Part shown: positions 1 to 13,613 of the stretch, one piece after another
Position numbering within the stretch: the first letter of the stretch is position 1
Layout: every line of letters starts with the position of its first letter
DNA from: Laetmonice hystrix
Lineage: Eukaryota
Direction: 5' to 3'
Length of the DNA stretch: 64,000 bases
Assembly: GCA_965235115.1 (NCBI GenBank)
Contig: OZ249436.1
Location: forward strand, 19,222,001-19,286,000
Made by a program: the position numbers and the translations under genes
Notes under the pieces: model-generated
What the model saw: only the letters and a program-made list of their open reading frames with translations
The model's database searches: none
What the model was told of the DNA's origin: nothing

Positions 1-425
1 GAAATTGGGGGGTAGAGTTACACGTGCCATTCTGACGATTACCAGTCTGAGATTGGGGGGTAGAGTTACACGTGCCATTCTGACGATTACCAGTCTGAGA
101 TTGTGGGGGAGGGGTAGAGCTACACGTGCCATTCTGACGATTACCAGTCTAAGATTGGGGGGGGGGTAGAGTTACACGTGCCATTCTGACGATTACCAGT
201 CTAAGATTGGGGGGGGGGGGTAGAGGTACACGTGCCATTCTGACGATTACCAGTCTGAGATTGTGGGGGAGGGGTAGAGTTACACGTGCCATTCTGACGA
301 TTACCAGTCTGAGATTGTGGGGGAGGGGTAGAGTTACACGTGCCATTCTGACGATTACCAGTCTAAGATTGTGGGGGAGGGGTAGAGTTACACGTGCCAT
401 TCTGACGATTACCAGTCTAAGATTT
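1..425. repeat. Minisatellite, ~54-bp unit with variable poly-G, ~8 copies (runs off window start)
   Basis: Unit gggtagagttacacgtgccattctgacgattaccagtctgagattgtgggggag; tgacga recurs at 241 and 295. Confidence 0.97.
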
Positions 426-1727
426 CTCATCTCCACGAACCGAACGTATCAATGGTGAATCTATCAGAGATAACAGTTCGAGCATTAAAAAATAGCGTGA
501 AGCGCACAACAATTAAATTCTTCCCCATAAGAATACAATTCACATCCGCTCTGTAAGTAATTGTTCTACACCTCAATTGTCACAACTGATAATAGGAACG
601 CCTAATATCCACCAATCAGAGCTCCTCTTTCATAGGGATTTTAAAAAACACCTCCCATGCATACGTCAGCAATTCTAGGCGCCAACATTTGCCACTTTCT
701 ACTGTTAGCAAAGAGTTTGCGCGATGATGTACACGACTTATAGCTTCACTGAGACAAAGGTAAGGAGCACCTTGGAACAAGTTAAAGGAAATGAATTTAT
801 CTTCGGGGTTTGAATAGAAATTACAGCGGTAAGTCCTCCTGTTTATCACTAGAGGAAATCGTTTTAAAATAATAATGATTTGTCTTCTGTATTATATTTG
901 TCATTATGTTGAGTTATATGTGTCTTATTATAATATAAGTACAAAGCGCACCAAGGTTCGACGATCCTAATTATGGTATACCGGGGATTTATATCGCCAT
1001 TCGTTATCATAGAGCAAGGGCTTGGAAAATTGCATTCAATGGTATCAGCTTCGACTTTAAAAATATTCTTGTCCATTTGGTCTGACCTCGAGAAGTTACC
1101 CGTAACACCTCCTACAAGTCTCACAGTCATTGACCTTTTAATGACCTTCGTGAAAGTTTCGGGAGTAGAGGCAAGGTACCATCCTCTACCGGGCACTGCC
1201 GACACCAAGTTATACCCAACCGGCCTTGACCGGAGATCTAGCATTTCTTGTGGAAGATCTCTGCCTTGACCACGAAGTCAGCTGGGCAAGGATCTAACCA
1301 AGGTCGGTCGTCGAACTGTGCAGTCAGTCACCCGGCGTCCTTCAGTTACGGGTGACTGTGGACCGGGGCGGTGATGGTGGGGGTGGGTTACCCACCCCCA
1401 CCCTCTCCACTGGGACATGGCAGTGACAGGGAAGCCTTCCTAATGCCAGCTTGCTCTCAGCCCCCAGACCCAGGTGGGCCCAATTATCTGAGGCCGATAG
1501 GTTCAGGTAATTGGGAACGGAAGGAGCTGCCCACTGTCGTGCATGTCGCCACTACCAGGGGGCGCTCGAGAGGGCTTTCTCGCCATTTTCAGGTCAGTGT
1601 CACTTCCAGAGTCAAGGTCTATATGTCGAGGGGTGGTGGTGGTAGGGGGGGGGGGGTGGATATAGGGGTGTGGAGCCAGACATGACGGTCAATGACGCAG
1701 TAATATGACGGCTGGCAAGCCCGTTAC

Positions 1728-1850
1728 CAGGTTATCAAATTCCACTTCACTCTTGAGGCTGTCCACGCTACCAGATTGGACTTTGACAGTCACTGGATAC
1801 ATGAAGACAAATACTGCCAGGCCGAGCGCAAAGTTCAGTGCCTTCTTCAT
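1728..1850 (-). CDS. Possible first coding exon or small ORF with signal-peptide-like N-terminus
   Basis: ATG at 1850 with an upstream in-frame stop; MKKALNFALGLAVFVFMYPVTVKVQSGSVDSLKSEVEFDNL followed by CTG|GTAACG donor-like site; no homology recognised. Confidence 0.25.
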
Positions 1851-2548
1851 TCCCGAGGTCGGCTACCTCGACAGCCGTTAGACAGTGACGGTATACAAGT
1901 AAAAATGGATAAATCATTTCTACGCATGAGCTGTCACACGCGAAATTAATATTTCAGAAGGCATACCCTGCTATGGTTAAACAAAAGTGGGTTAAAGTCA
2001 ACATGTTTGAGAAAGGTAAGAAGCAAAATCTAGGAGTAGCGTACTAAGTGAAGATCCATATTACACAAATCAAGGAACCATATGTGATTAGACGCTTCAG
2101 CCATTGCCTTCTGAATCTCTCGCATAACCCGAGATGAATGAGGTCCCCGCATGGCATCAGGGAATCATTCCAGGCTAATCTAAGATATCTGGGCCATCGG
2201 AGCATCAATCTGAAAACTGTAGTTTATGTTAGATATGGATACAACTCAAGGCGATAAATGTCGACACCGGAGCCTTCTCAAGTACCTCTGTCTTGGAATG
2301 GGTACCACGCCATCAACAGCCTGGCAAACCCATCTTAGTTTTACCACGAAACACGAATCCCGTTTATTTGCCGCGATCGATGGATGCATTACCTCGCTGA
2401 TATTGCCTACAGACATGTGGGATAAAGTCTCAGTGGTTCTTATAGATCATGTAAGGGTAGCATCCCCAGCCCCAGTGTGGTGGTACCTGTTCGATCATTA
2501 CCTGCTACAAGATTGAACATAGGCACGAGAGACTGCGAGACCGGAGGC

Positions 2549-2580
2549 GTGACGCATGCGCACGGAGACGATCACGTGAT
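2549..2580. promoter_or_regulatory. Putative promoter motifs (NRF1-like and E-box)
   Basis: CGCATGCGCA at 2553-2562 and palindromic ATCACGTGAT at 2571-2580; minus-strand CAG|GTAATG donor-like site at 2502/2501. Confidence 0.3.
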
Positions 2581-2616
2581 TTTAGCGGGGTGATGTTCAC
2601 GAATCGAGAACCACGA

Positions 2617-3300
2617 CTCCAGCTAGGTGCGTTTCACGGCTCTAGACTTGCGTTAACTTTGTCGCAGACTGTCAATTAACGACAAATCAACCCATTTATC
2701 TGGAATGATTTGTGATTTGTGACATTAGCAACAACGATGCGAGCGCACGACAAGCTAACGTACCGGTACGACAGGGGTTGTGAAACGGGTATCGTATACC
2801 TTGTCGTTAAACTCTAAGTTAAAGACAAACCAGCAGTTAACGCACAACGGGTTGTGAAACGGGTATCGTAGACCTTGTCGTTAATTTCTAAGTTAAAGAC
2901 AAACCAGCAGTTAACGCACAACGGGTTGTGAAACGGGTATCGCATACCTTGTCGTTAATTTCTAAGTTAAAGACAAACCAGCAGTTAACGCACAACGGGT
3001 TGTGAAACGGGTATCGTATATCTTGTCGTTAATTTCTAAGTTAACGACAAGCCACCAGTTAATGCACAACGGGTTGTGAAACGGGTATCGTAGACCTTGT
3101 CGTTAATTTCTAAGTTAACGACAAACCAGCAGTTAACGCACAACGGGTTGTGAAACGGGTATCGTATACCTTGTCGTTAATTTCTAAGTTAAAGACAAAC
3201 CAGCAGTTAACGCACAACGGGTTGTGAAACGGGTATCGTATACCTTGTCGTTAATTTCTAAGTTAAAGACAAACCAGCAGTTAACGCGCCCCAGCTGGAG
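2617..3300. mobile_element. MITE-like element enclosing a tandem array
   Basis: Left end ctccagctaggtgcgtt versus reverse complement of right end ctccagctggggcgcgtt; encloses the 74-bp array. Confidence 0.45.
2775..3288. repeat. Minisatellite, 74-bp unit, ~7 copies
   Basis: gggttgtgaaacgggtatcg...cagcagttaacgcacaac recurs at 2849, 2923, 2997 and onward. Confidence 0.97.
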
Positions 3301-3889
3301 ACTCAGACTCTCCGACTCCGTTCAATTTAACTTTCTTATCATGACCTTTGTCTCCATTACACCATCGCCATGCTGTCAGAGAGAGACGCCAAGAGCTGAC
3401 CGGAAGATGACTTTACCTGGCCCTCTATTCCTGCTATTAAAATGTCAGAAAAACATTTTACTCACACAGAATAATGTCTGTGAACGTCAATCGGGAGTTA
3501 AGATGGTGTGTGCCAGTGTTGCCCGTATTTCTCTGTATTCTACTCACGTGACCTCAGATTAAGATAGACTGACCAATAAAAGTTCCCGGTACATATGGAT
3601 GGACACAGACTGACCAATGAAAGACCCTGGCACATCCTTCTTTATTTTGCGTACGTGCACGGTACCATATACCGACACAGTTCCACCCATAAAATGTCCG
3701 CGTACTTGGCGAGAAAGAAACGTGAAACCCGACCGGCATGTGCACTGTCCAATATAGTAGACATGCTAAGAGCTCAAAAAGGGGTGAACACTGCATTTTA
3801 TAGTGCAAATGTCTAACTTGGCATGATTGGTCCTTAGGGCAAAAGGAAAAAAAATATCCAAAGAGACAAGTTGTCTCTATGCATAGAGG

Positions 3890-4430
3890 CCCCTAATTTG
3901 AATAAATTATGCTAATTAGCACCCGACGGAAGTCGATTTCTAACTTTTGAACCAATTCACTTAGAAATACATGTGATAGGTGGATTTCAACTAATTTGGG
4001 GGTCAGAAATCCATCTGCAGGGTTATTTTGACATTTGGCGGCCATTTTGACCCTCAAATCCAAGATGGCCGCCAGCAACCATCTGAAATCTAGCTTACCC
4101 ATGGCGATTCACTTTTGGCATTATCTCCACCCGTAAATTGACTTTTTTCAGTGTATAATTTTTTTCTTAGGAGGTTCTGGGACAGAGGAATCGGTCACAA
4201 GAAAAAAAGAATGATTGGCCGCGCCCTCATTTGCATAAATTAAATATGGCCGCCATCTTAACACGAATTTGAGCTATTCTGGCTATATCGCAACGTCAAA
4301 ATGGAATTTTACTCTTTATAAAGTACTGTTCAGGGGATAAATGACGTGCACAATCTTTTTGCAGTGATACATATTCTAATTGGTCCACCCCTCATTTGCA
4401 TAAATCCAATATGGCCGCCATCTTACCCAT
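3890..4430. mobile_element. Unclassified interspersed repeat remnant (DNA-transposon-like)
   Basis: Repeated and inverted ATGGCCGCC(ATCTT) and CTCATTTGCATAAAT motifs of the kind seen in non-autonomous invertebrate elements; ends not resolved. Confidence 0.4.
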
Positions 4431-5980
4431 GGGTATAGGGTCAAGAGGCATACATATACCTTAATATCTAACCCACGTGATGTCTAATAAACACAGACCG
4501 GCCAATAACAAACCCCAGCACATCCTTCAATATTCTCCTCACGAGCTACCAAATTAACACAGATTGACCAATAAAAGGCCGCGATACATCGCCGCCCTCG
4601 GCCCGCGGTAACGGCCGATCACCACTGGAAGCTGCTCGCTGATTCGTGCATTATTCAGCGACTGGCCAGGGTGTTTAACGATATCGTCGACAGCACGACC
4701 CCCACCCCGCCCTCTATCGGCCGCGATGGAACGGGTATCTATCCCATAATCACATTGGAAGCCCCAGGAGCAAGCAGGAGATCGCTCACATCTTCTGATT
4801 ATGAAAAATTGAACGGAAAGAGCAATATCTCCTCCGAAGGTCGGAGGAAACAGAGCGATCTTTCATAAAGACCATCGATATTAATTCATCATAATATTTT
4901 TCTTAAATCTGGGAAAGAAATCTGGCGTTTTATACATGGGAACACCACAATATGGACTTCTCTCTTACTAAAGGAAAGACGCAGTTGTTTCCTAGTTTTA
5001 ACAAGTCACATGACTGGTCACATGACTGCTCGGTATTTGAATTCGTATTTTAATCAGATTCTTCGGAATAAACAAAAATAACAATAAAAAAGGTGGGGGG
5101 ATCTGTGTGGGGAACAGTCTGAAGTCATTCTCCATGCTGAACTTCTCATTGTAACCGTTGGATACTCGCCGTTGCTGTAAACACGACCATGTTACCAGCC
5201 GAGCCTGATCTGTTCGTACGTTTAATGTGTTTGTCCGAGGTTGCAGACCAGGATGACACGGCCTCGTTTGGGGCCGAGTTCTACCCGAGTGAAATCATCC
5301 AAATATCGCCCACCCATTACGGCCATCCCGCCGAACGCCTATCGCCGGAAGTGGCCATTAAGGTGCGCATGCGTACATGAGGATGGAGAGTGGCGGCGGA
5401 GAGTGGCCCAGTTTGTATAATACAGTAGCTCCATTGGAAACACGTCACTAATGTGTGACCTTTTTCACCGACACGCGACATCACGGCCGGCTGGCATGAT
5501 ATTTCGCCGTTAGAGGGCCACTCTTTCGGTCCTTACGACCGTTTGTTTGTTGCTTGGAATCGGCGCGCTGCGGAGGGGGAATTCAAGTTGGATCATACAT
5601 GTCGTAAAGCTTTGATGTCTACAGTGTAGGAATAGGCACTGTGGGGGGTTGGAGTCGTCTCAGTCATATTCCTGCATTACTTCATTTTTCAAACGAGATG
5701 TGTTTCTTAATTCAGTGTGATATTTCAATCGGAATCATGTCGGGGAATCTATTGCGAAACGGTGTATCCCCTTACAAAATTAGTTTGTGGCTGTTCTTTG
5801 CGATATTTAAACATTACGTTTAATACGGTTTCGGAAGACGGTAGTACTATCAGTGGCGTAGAAATAATATGAGTGCAAAAAAGAACTTGTACGGGTAATA
5901 ATAATAATAATAATCCGTGATAATAGCAATAGTGATCTGGATTATACCGACACCAATGATAGAAAAACCTCCCATACAGT

Positions 5981-6264
5981 CATCCACTAAAGTATCACTC
6001 ATCCACTAAAGTATCACGGATCCACTAAAGTATCACGCATCCACTAAAGTATCACGCATCCACTAAAGTATCACTCATCCACTAAAGTATCACTCATCCA
6101 CTAGAGTATCACGCATCCACTAAAGTATCACTCATCCACTAAAGTATCACGCATCCACTAAGTATCACTCATCCACTAAAGTATCACTCATCCACTAAAG
6201 TATCACGCATCCACTAAAGTATCACGCATCCACTAAAGTATCACGCATCCACTAAAGTATCACT
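5981..6264. repeat. Minisatellite, 19-bp unit, ~15 copies
   Basis: catccactaaagtatcac(t/g) tandem. Confidence 0.97.
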
Positions 6265-7792
6265 AACTTGTAATGTTGTAATTAGATTAGTTTTGAGTGC
6301 TGGCTGATATCGATAGTGGAGGAGGTGGAGATCTCGGATCACGAACACCCGCCTGGAGACAGTCAAAGCCTCCAGAATGTCAATATCTCCAGTACGTCTC
6401 GGTAAAACACCAATCAATTCGATGCGGAAATCGGAGGCGATTCTGTCCTGTTTGTGTGCGTTAAAGATGGCACTCACCGCGGGTCAGTGCGGGCAACCGC
6501 GGGTCACCGCGGGTAACCGAGGGTCATTGTGGTTCGGTGCTCGACCACCCGGGGTGTTTCTACCACTAACACAGCCTTTCACCCCGTTCCCCACTGGACA
6601 TGGCCGATTGTACGACCTGACAAGACGGTTTATAGGCGACATACCATGTCGAATCCCGACCGATGCTAACAATTCCCGCCCTGCACCACCTCGAGGTGAA
6701 GTTGGAGTCATTCCTGTGACGCTCATAAAGATTTTTATTTCGACAAACCCGCTTACACTTGCCCGCGCTGTCGTCTAAGCGTTATTACAAACAATCCTGT
6801 CCAGTGGACTTCAGTGACGAATTCAGTGGACAGCCACACGCCCCCTGTTCACCCAGGCGCAGTATCAATCCACTATCAGAGCCAAAAATGCTTTTACTTA
6901 TATTAATACACTAAATACAAGAGTGATTGATACACATTTCACTTGGCATGACGACCACTAACAGTTCGAGACTGTCAGAGTGAGGTGATCCTAGGTTCAC
7001 TGTCCGGAACTTCAAGGCAAATCGCCCGCTACAAACGTAACTTTTCGTACACTACTTACGATGTCCCTCTCCCGGTAATAGTGCCAGTGTAGCGGGTTGT
7101 ATCAGCCTATAGAACTGATACCGACCGAGCGGGCCTTGTGATGTCCACGCCCCGGCTGGGGGCAGCAGGTCTCGTTCTCCCAGCAAACAGGAGTTGACTG
7201 ATGTTTTATATAACTAGCTCACAACGATCAACTTCTGATAAGGTTCATTAACCCATTCACCAGCCTGGTCCATCGGTCGGCGTTTGGTACGTCTTGACTT
7301 TGATGTTTGTAGAAGATATCTGTGATTAATTAAAGAGTACCACCATGATAACATAGCAGTGATAAGAACTGCAGTCGCACGCAGCAGTCGTGAGGACCCT
7401 GGACGCCAGAACCTGGCGTTAAATCGCACGTGACAAACCATCATTAATTCAGCCAACTAGATCACCATACATCCAAACATAATTGGCATACTAATGCTGT
7501 TACACTGACTGTGCATTCACGTGGGCACTTAATCGAGTTTTTCGAGTCTCCGACAGGCCTGCCGACCACGTGGTAACCACTACCATTGTACCAGGATCCT
7601 TCTCCGATTGACAGACCCGGTGTAACACCCTCAAATCACTACCCCGCTCAAACCACTACCGTAGTGTTTTGAGCATAGGCTCAAACCACTACCGTAGTGG
7701 TTTGGGGATACGCCCAAAGCACTACTCTCACGTTCAAAGCACTACCCCTAGAAATCTCAAAACACTACCCACGCTCAAAACACTACCCCACC

Positions 7793-8375
7793 CACGGGCG
7801 CCAATTCCTTTTGCAAGGGGGGATTCTGAAACTGGAGTGGGGGGGGGGGGGAGTCCTGAAATTTGTCTGACGGGGGTTCGGGGTGTCTGTAATCCCCCAT
7901 TCACAAAAATTCTTGAAAATTATCACTTTTGACATGTCATATCAGACCTTATTTTGTGCTCTAAGATTCGAGCGGGGCGAGACGCCCCTTTCGGAGAAGA
8001 CGCCCCCCCCCCCTGTGAGTGTGGCAGGACGCATCCAGGGGGACCCTTTGCAATTGTATTCGAAATATTTCATTATTTAACGTTGTAAAAAGGATACAAC
8101 CAAAGCTTATTAGCAATGAGTAGCTAAAATATATAGGCCTATGTTTCTTTCCACACAAAAACTACTCATTCTGATAACACGGGACGGCCTGGTAATGCTT
8201 TGACCCTTAAAGGGGGCGTCTCGCCAAATAACAACTTAAATTTCAAAATTTTCCAGAGGGAGCATGCCCCCCAGCACGGCTTCGTGCCTTCGGCGTTCAC
8301 CCAGTTCCACGGCCTAAGTGTAAAAGTGTAAACACCCCCCCCCCCCGGCTAAAAAAAATCCTGCGCACGGCACTG
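7793..8375. mobile_element. hAT-like non-autonomous element nested in the Ginger-like element
   Basis: Ends cacgggcg... and ...gcgcacggcactg; internal aaattttccagagggagcatgcccccc motif; flanks accccacc and ccccctcc match 6/8 as a possible TSD. Confidence 0.4.
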
Positions 8376-8565
8376 CCCCCTCCCCCCTCATAATTATTAG
8401 GCCGATACCCGTTTGGTTTGCCACGACAAGGGATTCCCACTATCGGCCTACGTAATTATAAACTACAGACCGAAAACGACTCAGACAAATACCGAAATCC
8501 AATCTAAATACCGAAATCACCGCTGAGAATTAGGCTGGATTTCGGTATTATCAATGACTAGAAGA

Positions 8566-8853
8566 ATCAAGAAGAAGAAGGAAGAAGAAGAAGAAAGAAC
8601 AAGAACAGGAAGAAAAAGGAGGAGGAGAGGAAGGAGAAGGAGAAGGAGAAGAAGGTTTTTGAACGAATCCTGGGAGTTGTAGCTAAATTAAGCGAGGGTA
8701 GTGCTTTGGGAGTGGGTAGAGTGTTCTGAGCATAACAGTAGTGTAACACCCTTAAATCACCACCCCACTCAAGGAGAAGGAGGATGAGGAGGAAGAGGAG
8801 GTGGAGGAGGAGGAGGGGAAGGAGAAGGAGAAGAGGGAGAAGGAGAAGAAGAA
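8566..8853. repeat. GAA/GGA purine-rich simple repeats with a ~95-bp local duplication
   Basis: (gaa)n/(gga)n tracts; gaaggtttttgaacgaatcc...cagtagtgta occurs at ~8651 and ~8851. Confidence 0.85.
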
Positions 8854-9630
8854 GGTTTTTGAACGAATCCTGGGAGTTGTAGCTAAAGTAAGCGAGGGTA
8901 GTGTTTTGGGAGTGGGTAGAGTGTTCTGAGCATAACAGTAGTGTAGTGGGCGTGGGCAGGGTAGTCATCTGAGCGTAGGCTGACTTACGCTCAAACCACT
9001 CTAGAGTAGTCTGAGTGTACGCCCAAAACACTCTAGAGTAGTTTGGGCGTACGCTCAAACTACTACCATAGTGCTTTGAGGGTAGAGTGGTTTGGGCTTA
9101 GTACACCGGAACTAGGATGGAGCTTCTTAAACTGAAAGTTTCTATCGCTGGCGGAGAGAATACTGGGACTCAATATAATTGTTTTATATAACGTATAATC
9201 ATAAAGTACAGTTACCCCACCCAACACCTCCAAGGCGAGGGTGATATTTCCAAGCACTACCTGTTGAACTGTTTTTGAAATGCATTTACTTATTTAAATC
9301 CTTCCAGAGAGCGAGGGAATTCTTTTCGTCATCTCAGCACGCCACAAGGTTTAAAGGAATGTAGAGGCTTGTTATATTTCAAAGACGATAATTCAGTTAC
9401 CACTGACATTTTATTGCATTAGTTTTATTTAGTTTTAATACGAAAACTTTCTTTAACACAAGCATTTAAACCGGAAAACAAGAAAACAAGGTTAAAAATA
9501 AAGTGCCACCTTAAACTAAATTTACAAAGTCAAGGCCTTCACTCAGACGAATCGGATTCATCGTATTTTTTGTGTCGTTTTGACAAATCTCCTGCTGCCA
9601 TCGTACGTGAGGATTTGGCCTTCTGCCAAC

Positions 9631-9924
9631 TAGAGACAAAGAGAGGGAGAGAGACAGAGAGAGAGGGAGAGAGACACAGCGATAAAGACAGAGAGAGGGA
9701 GAGAGAGGGGGCGAGAGATAGAGACAGAGAGAGAGGGAGAGAGTAGAGAGACAGGAGTGAGACAGAGAGGGGCAGAGAGAGACAGAGACAAAGAGAGTAG
9801 AGAGAGAGGAGAGAGACAGAGAGAGAGACAGAGACACAGAGAGAGACAGAGAGAGAGGGCGAGAGAGAGGGACAGAGACAGACACAGAGAGAGACAGAGA
9901 CACAGAGAGAGAGAGGGGGGGAGA

Positions 9925-9991
<67 letters not shown>

Positions 9992-10004
9992 AGAGAGGGG
10001 GAGA
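9631..10004. repeat. (AG)n/(AGAC)n microsatellite
   Basis: Direct reading. Confidence 0.97.
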
Positions 10005-11899
10005 GTTTCTCGTACCACGACCCATGCCAGGTTACGGTGTCCCGCTGTCCCTGGGAGGACACAACGCCTACAAAACTCCGTTAACAGAATGTACTCTATG
10101 ATAATAAGTTGTACGTCGTCGTTAACGGTGACTTGACAGTGACAGCCCGTCCGACGAAGCTACTATCATAAACCACAATATGAACTGTTACACGTCCCTG
10201 CTAAATGGAACGAAATGGCCCTCGGCCGGGGGGAGGAGGACAGAGGACGCGTCATATCATGAATCATCTAGTTTTTGGTGTCGCCCACAGGGTCCTAATC
10301 CATCTGTTAGTGATGACACCCCACCCACCGGGTCCACACCCCACCCCCACTGAGTCCACCCCACCCACCGGGCCCGAAGCTGGGGTGAACACGATCGTCT
10401 TCCTCCTCGATTAGCAACCACTTTGACGTGATAATAAAATCGTTAGGCCGAGGCGGGCGACATTTCTCTGGGTTGAGCGTATGAGCGATCACTAGATGAG
10501 TCTGGATCGAAGGGTGTACCGGTCAACCTGAGGTGAAGGTCGAGGATGTCGTAAGGACGCCACAAGCCCAGGCTTGATACCATGGCAACACGACCATAAC
10601 ACTCCGCCATATACACATAAGGCCCATATTAAAACACAGCCATAAAGTCCGCGCTAACTTTGTTTTCTGTATCCTGCGCCTAGTGCGGCCTCAGCCAACC
10701 TTTGTTATAACGTTATTACTGACGTGAAGGCCAGGGCTGGGCAGCTAGCCAAGTTGTTTCACATCTCGTGTTACGTACTGAACTATCTTTATCTATAATG
10801 TCATGTTATATACATCTGAAAGTATTGCCGTGCACATGTAAATGGGGGAATATTGTAAGCAGCTGTACGGGCATTACCAATAGTAACAGATCATCCCGTT
10901 AAGGGGGAAAAAATCCGATCTTTTATCAGATTGGATCAGTGTCATCTACATGAAAGTAAGAAATCGTGGCGCCATGGGAAAAATAGTCAGTTTGTTTTCC
11001 TCGAGACTGATTGTATTTTGTCTTTTGGATAAGTACATTCTATAAGTCTACGTATCCATGACACAACTGGGTACACTAACCTTAGGGCCCAATCACGCGA
11101 TCAGAGGATGTGCAAAACAATGCCTGCAAGAACACAACGTGGTAATATTACCCCACCCTTCCCGGCGTACATCTCAGCGGTTCCGGTTCCGCTGAGTGCA
11201 TCTTGGGTACATGAGGGACGCGCTGGTAGACAGTAAGTAAAACAATGTCTACGTTTGACGGTCAAAGTGAAGTCGTGTAAGTAATTATACGGTGTAAATA
11301 AAGGCCCCGAGTGTCCGGGGCGGAGAGGTGAGGATAACCAGAGCAGTACCGACTGGGGTCGAGACTGCCTTGAAACAAACCAGAGCTTGGAGGATGGTGG
11401 TGATCGACCACGTGACAAGAGACCAGGAAAGAGATGATGGGCGCGGGGGATGCCGGGAAAGTAAGGATGGTCTCTCCACCACACACCTACACCTTAATCA
11501 ACGATACAGGAAGTCCTCGCACCCTCCCAACCTCTTTCTTGACAAATGCCCTCAGACATGACGTGGTGGTGGTGGTGGGGGGGGGGGGGGGCTACCACGG
11601 TCGTTGTTCCGTCACAATACTGGAAGAGTACAGAAGTAACATGGATGCACTGACAAGAAAACTTCACTCCCAAACATTCCAGATCCCAGATTCCAAACAT
11701 CCCAAACACTGCAGATAACACCTGTAGAACGACCGACCCGCCACCTAGCGATATGTCGGATTCACCACTCAAAGTTTACCGGAATTTTACCTTGACAGTA
11801 TGTAAACCGTGCGAGTGGCTTCAAGTGGCATCGAATGGCTTCGATTCACGCCTCCCGTCCTAACTGATGGGATCATTAAACTGTTACGCCCTTCAGGCC

Positions 11900-11976
11900 A
11901 GTTGCATGACGGTCCGTTCGTTAAAATTCGCATTGGAAATACATGGGGAAATTAACGAACGGACAGTCATGCAACT
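11900..11976. mobile_element. 77-bp palindromic MITE-like element
   Basis: agttgcatgacggtccgttcgttaa ... ttaacgaacggacagtcatgcaact (25-bp arms, 1 mismatch). Confidence 0.6.
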
Positions 11977-12201
11977 AGAGGGATGCTGGATAACGATCTA
12001 CTCAATTTGCAATATATGAAATAGTGCAAGGAAAGTTATGCAATGTTCGTCTCGACAATGGTCTTGAGTACTTCTGTAACCTAATCCGAGTATTGTGAAA
12101 ACGAACTCTGTTAGGTTATCTATACACAAATAATTATGCAGTATTATAACATGATAGACATGGGACCAAAATCGTCGTCAAAAATTAGGTCGTCAAAATC
12201 C

Positions 12202-12999
12202 TACATTGTGTTAGTCGGTGTGCTGTCCGTATTGTGTGGGAATGGTTTACACGATCCGCTATCCTGTCTTACATTGTGTTAGTCGGTGTGCTGTCCGTAT
12301 TGTGTGGGAATGGTTTACACGATCCGCTATCCTATCTTACATTGTGTTAGTCGGTGTGCTGTCCGTATTGTGTGGGAATGGTTTACACGATCCGCTATCC
12401 TATCTTACATTGTGTTAGTCGGTGTGCTGTCCGTATTGTGTGGGAATGGTTTACACGATCCGCTATCCTATCTTACATTGTGTTAGTCGGTGTGCTGTCC
12501 GTATTGTGTGGGAATGGTTTACACGATCCGCTATCCTATCTTACATTGTGTTAGTCGGTGTGCTGTCCGTATTGTGTGGGAATGGTTTACACGATCCGCT
12601 ATCCTATCTTACATTGTGTTAGTCGGTGTGCTGTCCGTATTGTGTGGGAATGGTTTACACGATCCCCTATCCTATCTTACATTGTGTTAGTCGGTGTGCT
12701 GTCCGTATTGTGTGGGAATGGTTTACACGATCCCCTATCATATCTTACATTGTGTTAGTCGGTGTGCTGTCCGTATTGTGTGGGAATGGTTTACACGATC
12801 CGCTATCCTATCTTACATTGTGTTAGTCGGTGTGCTGTCCGTATTGTGTGGGAATGGTTTACACGATCCGCTATCCTATCTTACATTGTGTTAGTCGGTG
12901 TGCTGTCCGTATTGTGTGGGAATGGTTTACACGATCCGCTATCCTATCTTACATTGTGTTAGTCGGTGTGCTGTCCGTATTATGTGGGAATAGTTTACA
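12202..12999. repeat. Minisatellite, 68-bp unit, ~12 copies
   Basis: ORF-track starts recur every 68 bp; units near-identical. Confidence 0.98.
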
Positions 13000-13613
13000 T
13001 GACTTTACATCAAACCCAGAGAACACTAGTTGTGTACATACTGCCATCTGTCTAAATCGATTCCAATTACACTGTCATCGATTCGCAACATTCTTTTCTG
13101 ACCCGCGTTTGCTATATGTTTCAGATTATCTGTTGTTGATCACTCGAGACTGGTGTCATTGTTAAAGTAACAATAACGATGAAGATATTTAACGAGTCAT
13201 GTTCGTGAGCTGCTTATCGGTTAAAACGACACCCGGTGCTAATGAGGTCACCCATGTAGACAGGTCGTAAGGAACGGCGTCTGAATTAGCCGTTGTCCAA
13301 GAGATGCTGTGGACAAGTGATGGGGCTGGCGGATGGGGAGGCTGATGAGAAACATTTCTCATGGACTCTGCCTTATGCCACACAGAGCTGAGATCGCACG
13401 CCGCCAGTGTCAGGCGCAACAGGAAGGCAATTTACGGACGGGGACGCGCCCTGGGACGTAGGGCATTCACCCCAACCAACCACCATCCAACCCCCACCCT
13501 ACCAGTTTAGGGAAGGACCACCCGTAAACTACCCGTAAACCTCTGGCTAGAAATACCATGGCAGTGTCGACCATGTTTTAACCGCAGTATGAACGCAGCA
13601 TCAGTATACTTAA

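Larger units (their letters stand above)
7621..9105. mobile_element. Non-autonomous Ginger1-like DNA transposon with nested insertions
   Basis: ccgg|TGTA... at 7617-7624 and ...TACA|ccgg at 9102-9109; long imperfect inverted arms built from ctcaaa(a/c)cactacc motifs. Confidence 0.65.

Noticed and set aside
864..1355. Minus-strand frame with one in-frame TGA upstream of the 126-aa ORF (selenocysteine idea)
   Set aside because: No selenoprotein-like motif or SECIS recognised; consistent with chance
9511..10101. Ser/Leu- and Arg/Glu-rich ORFs
   Set aside because: Artefacts of the AG microsatellite
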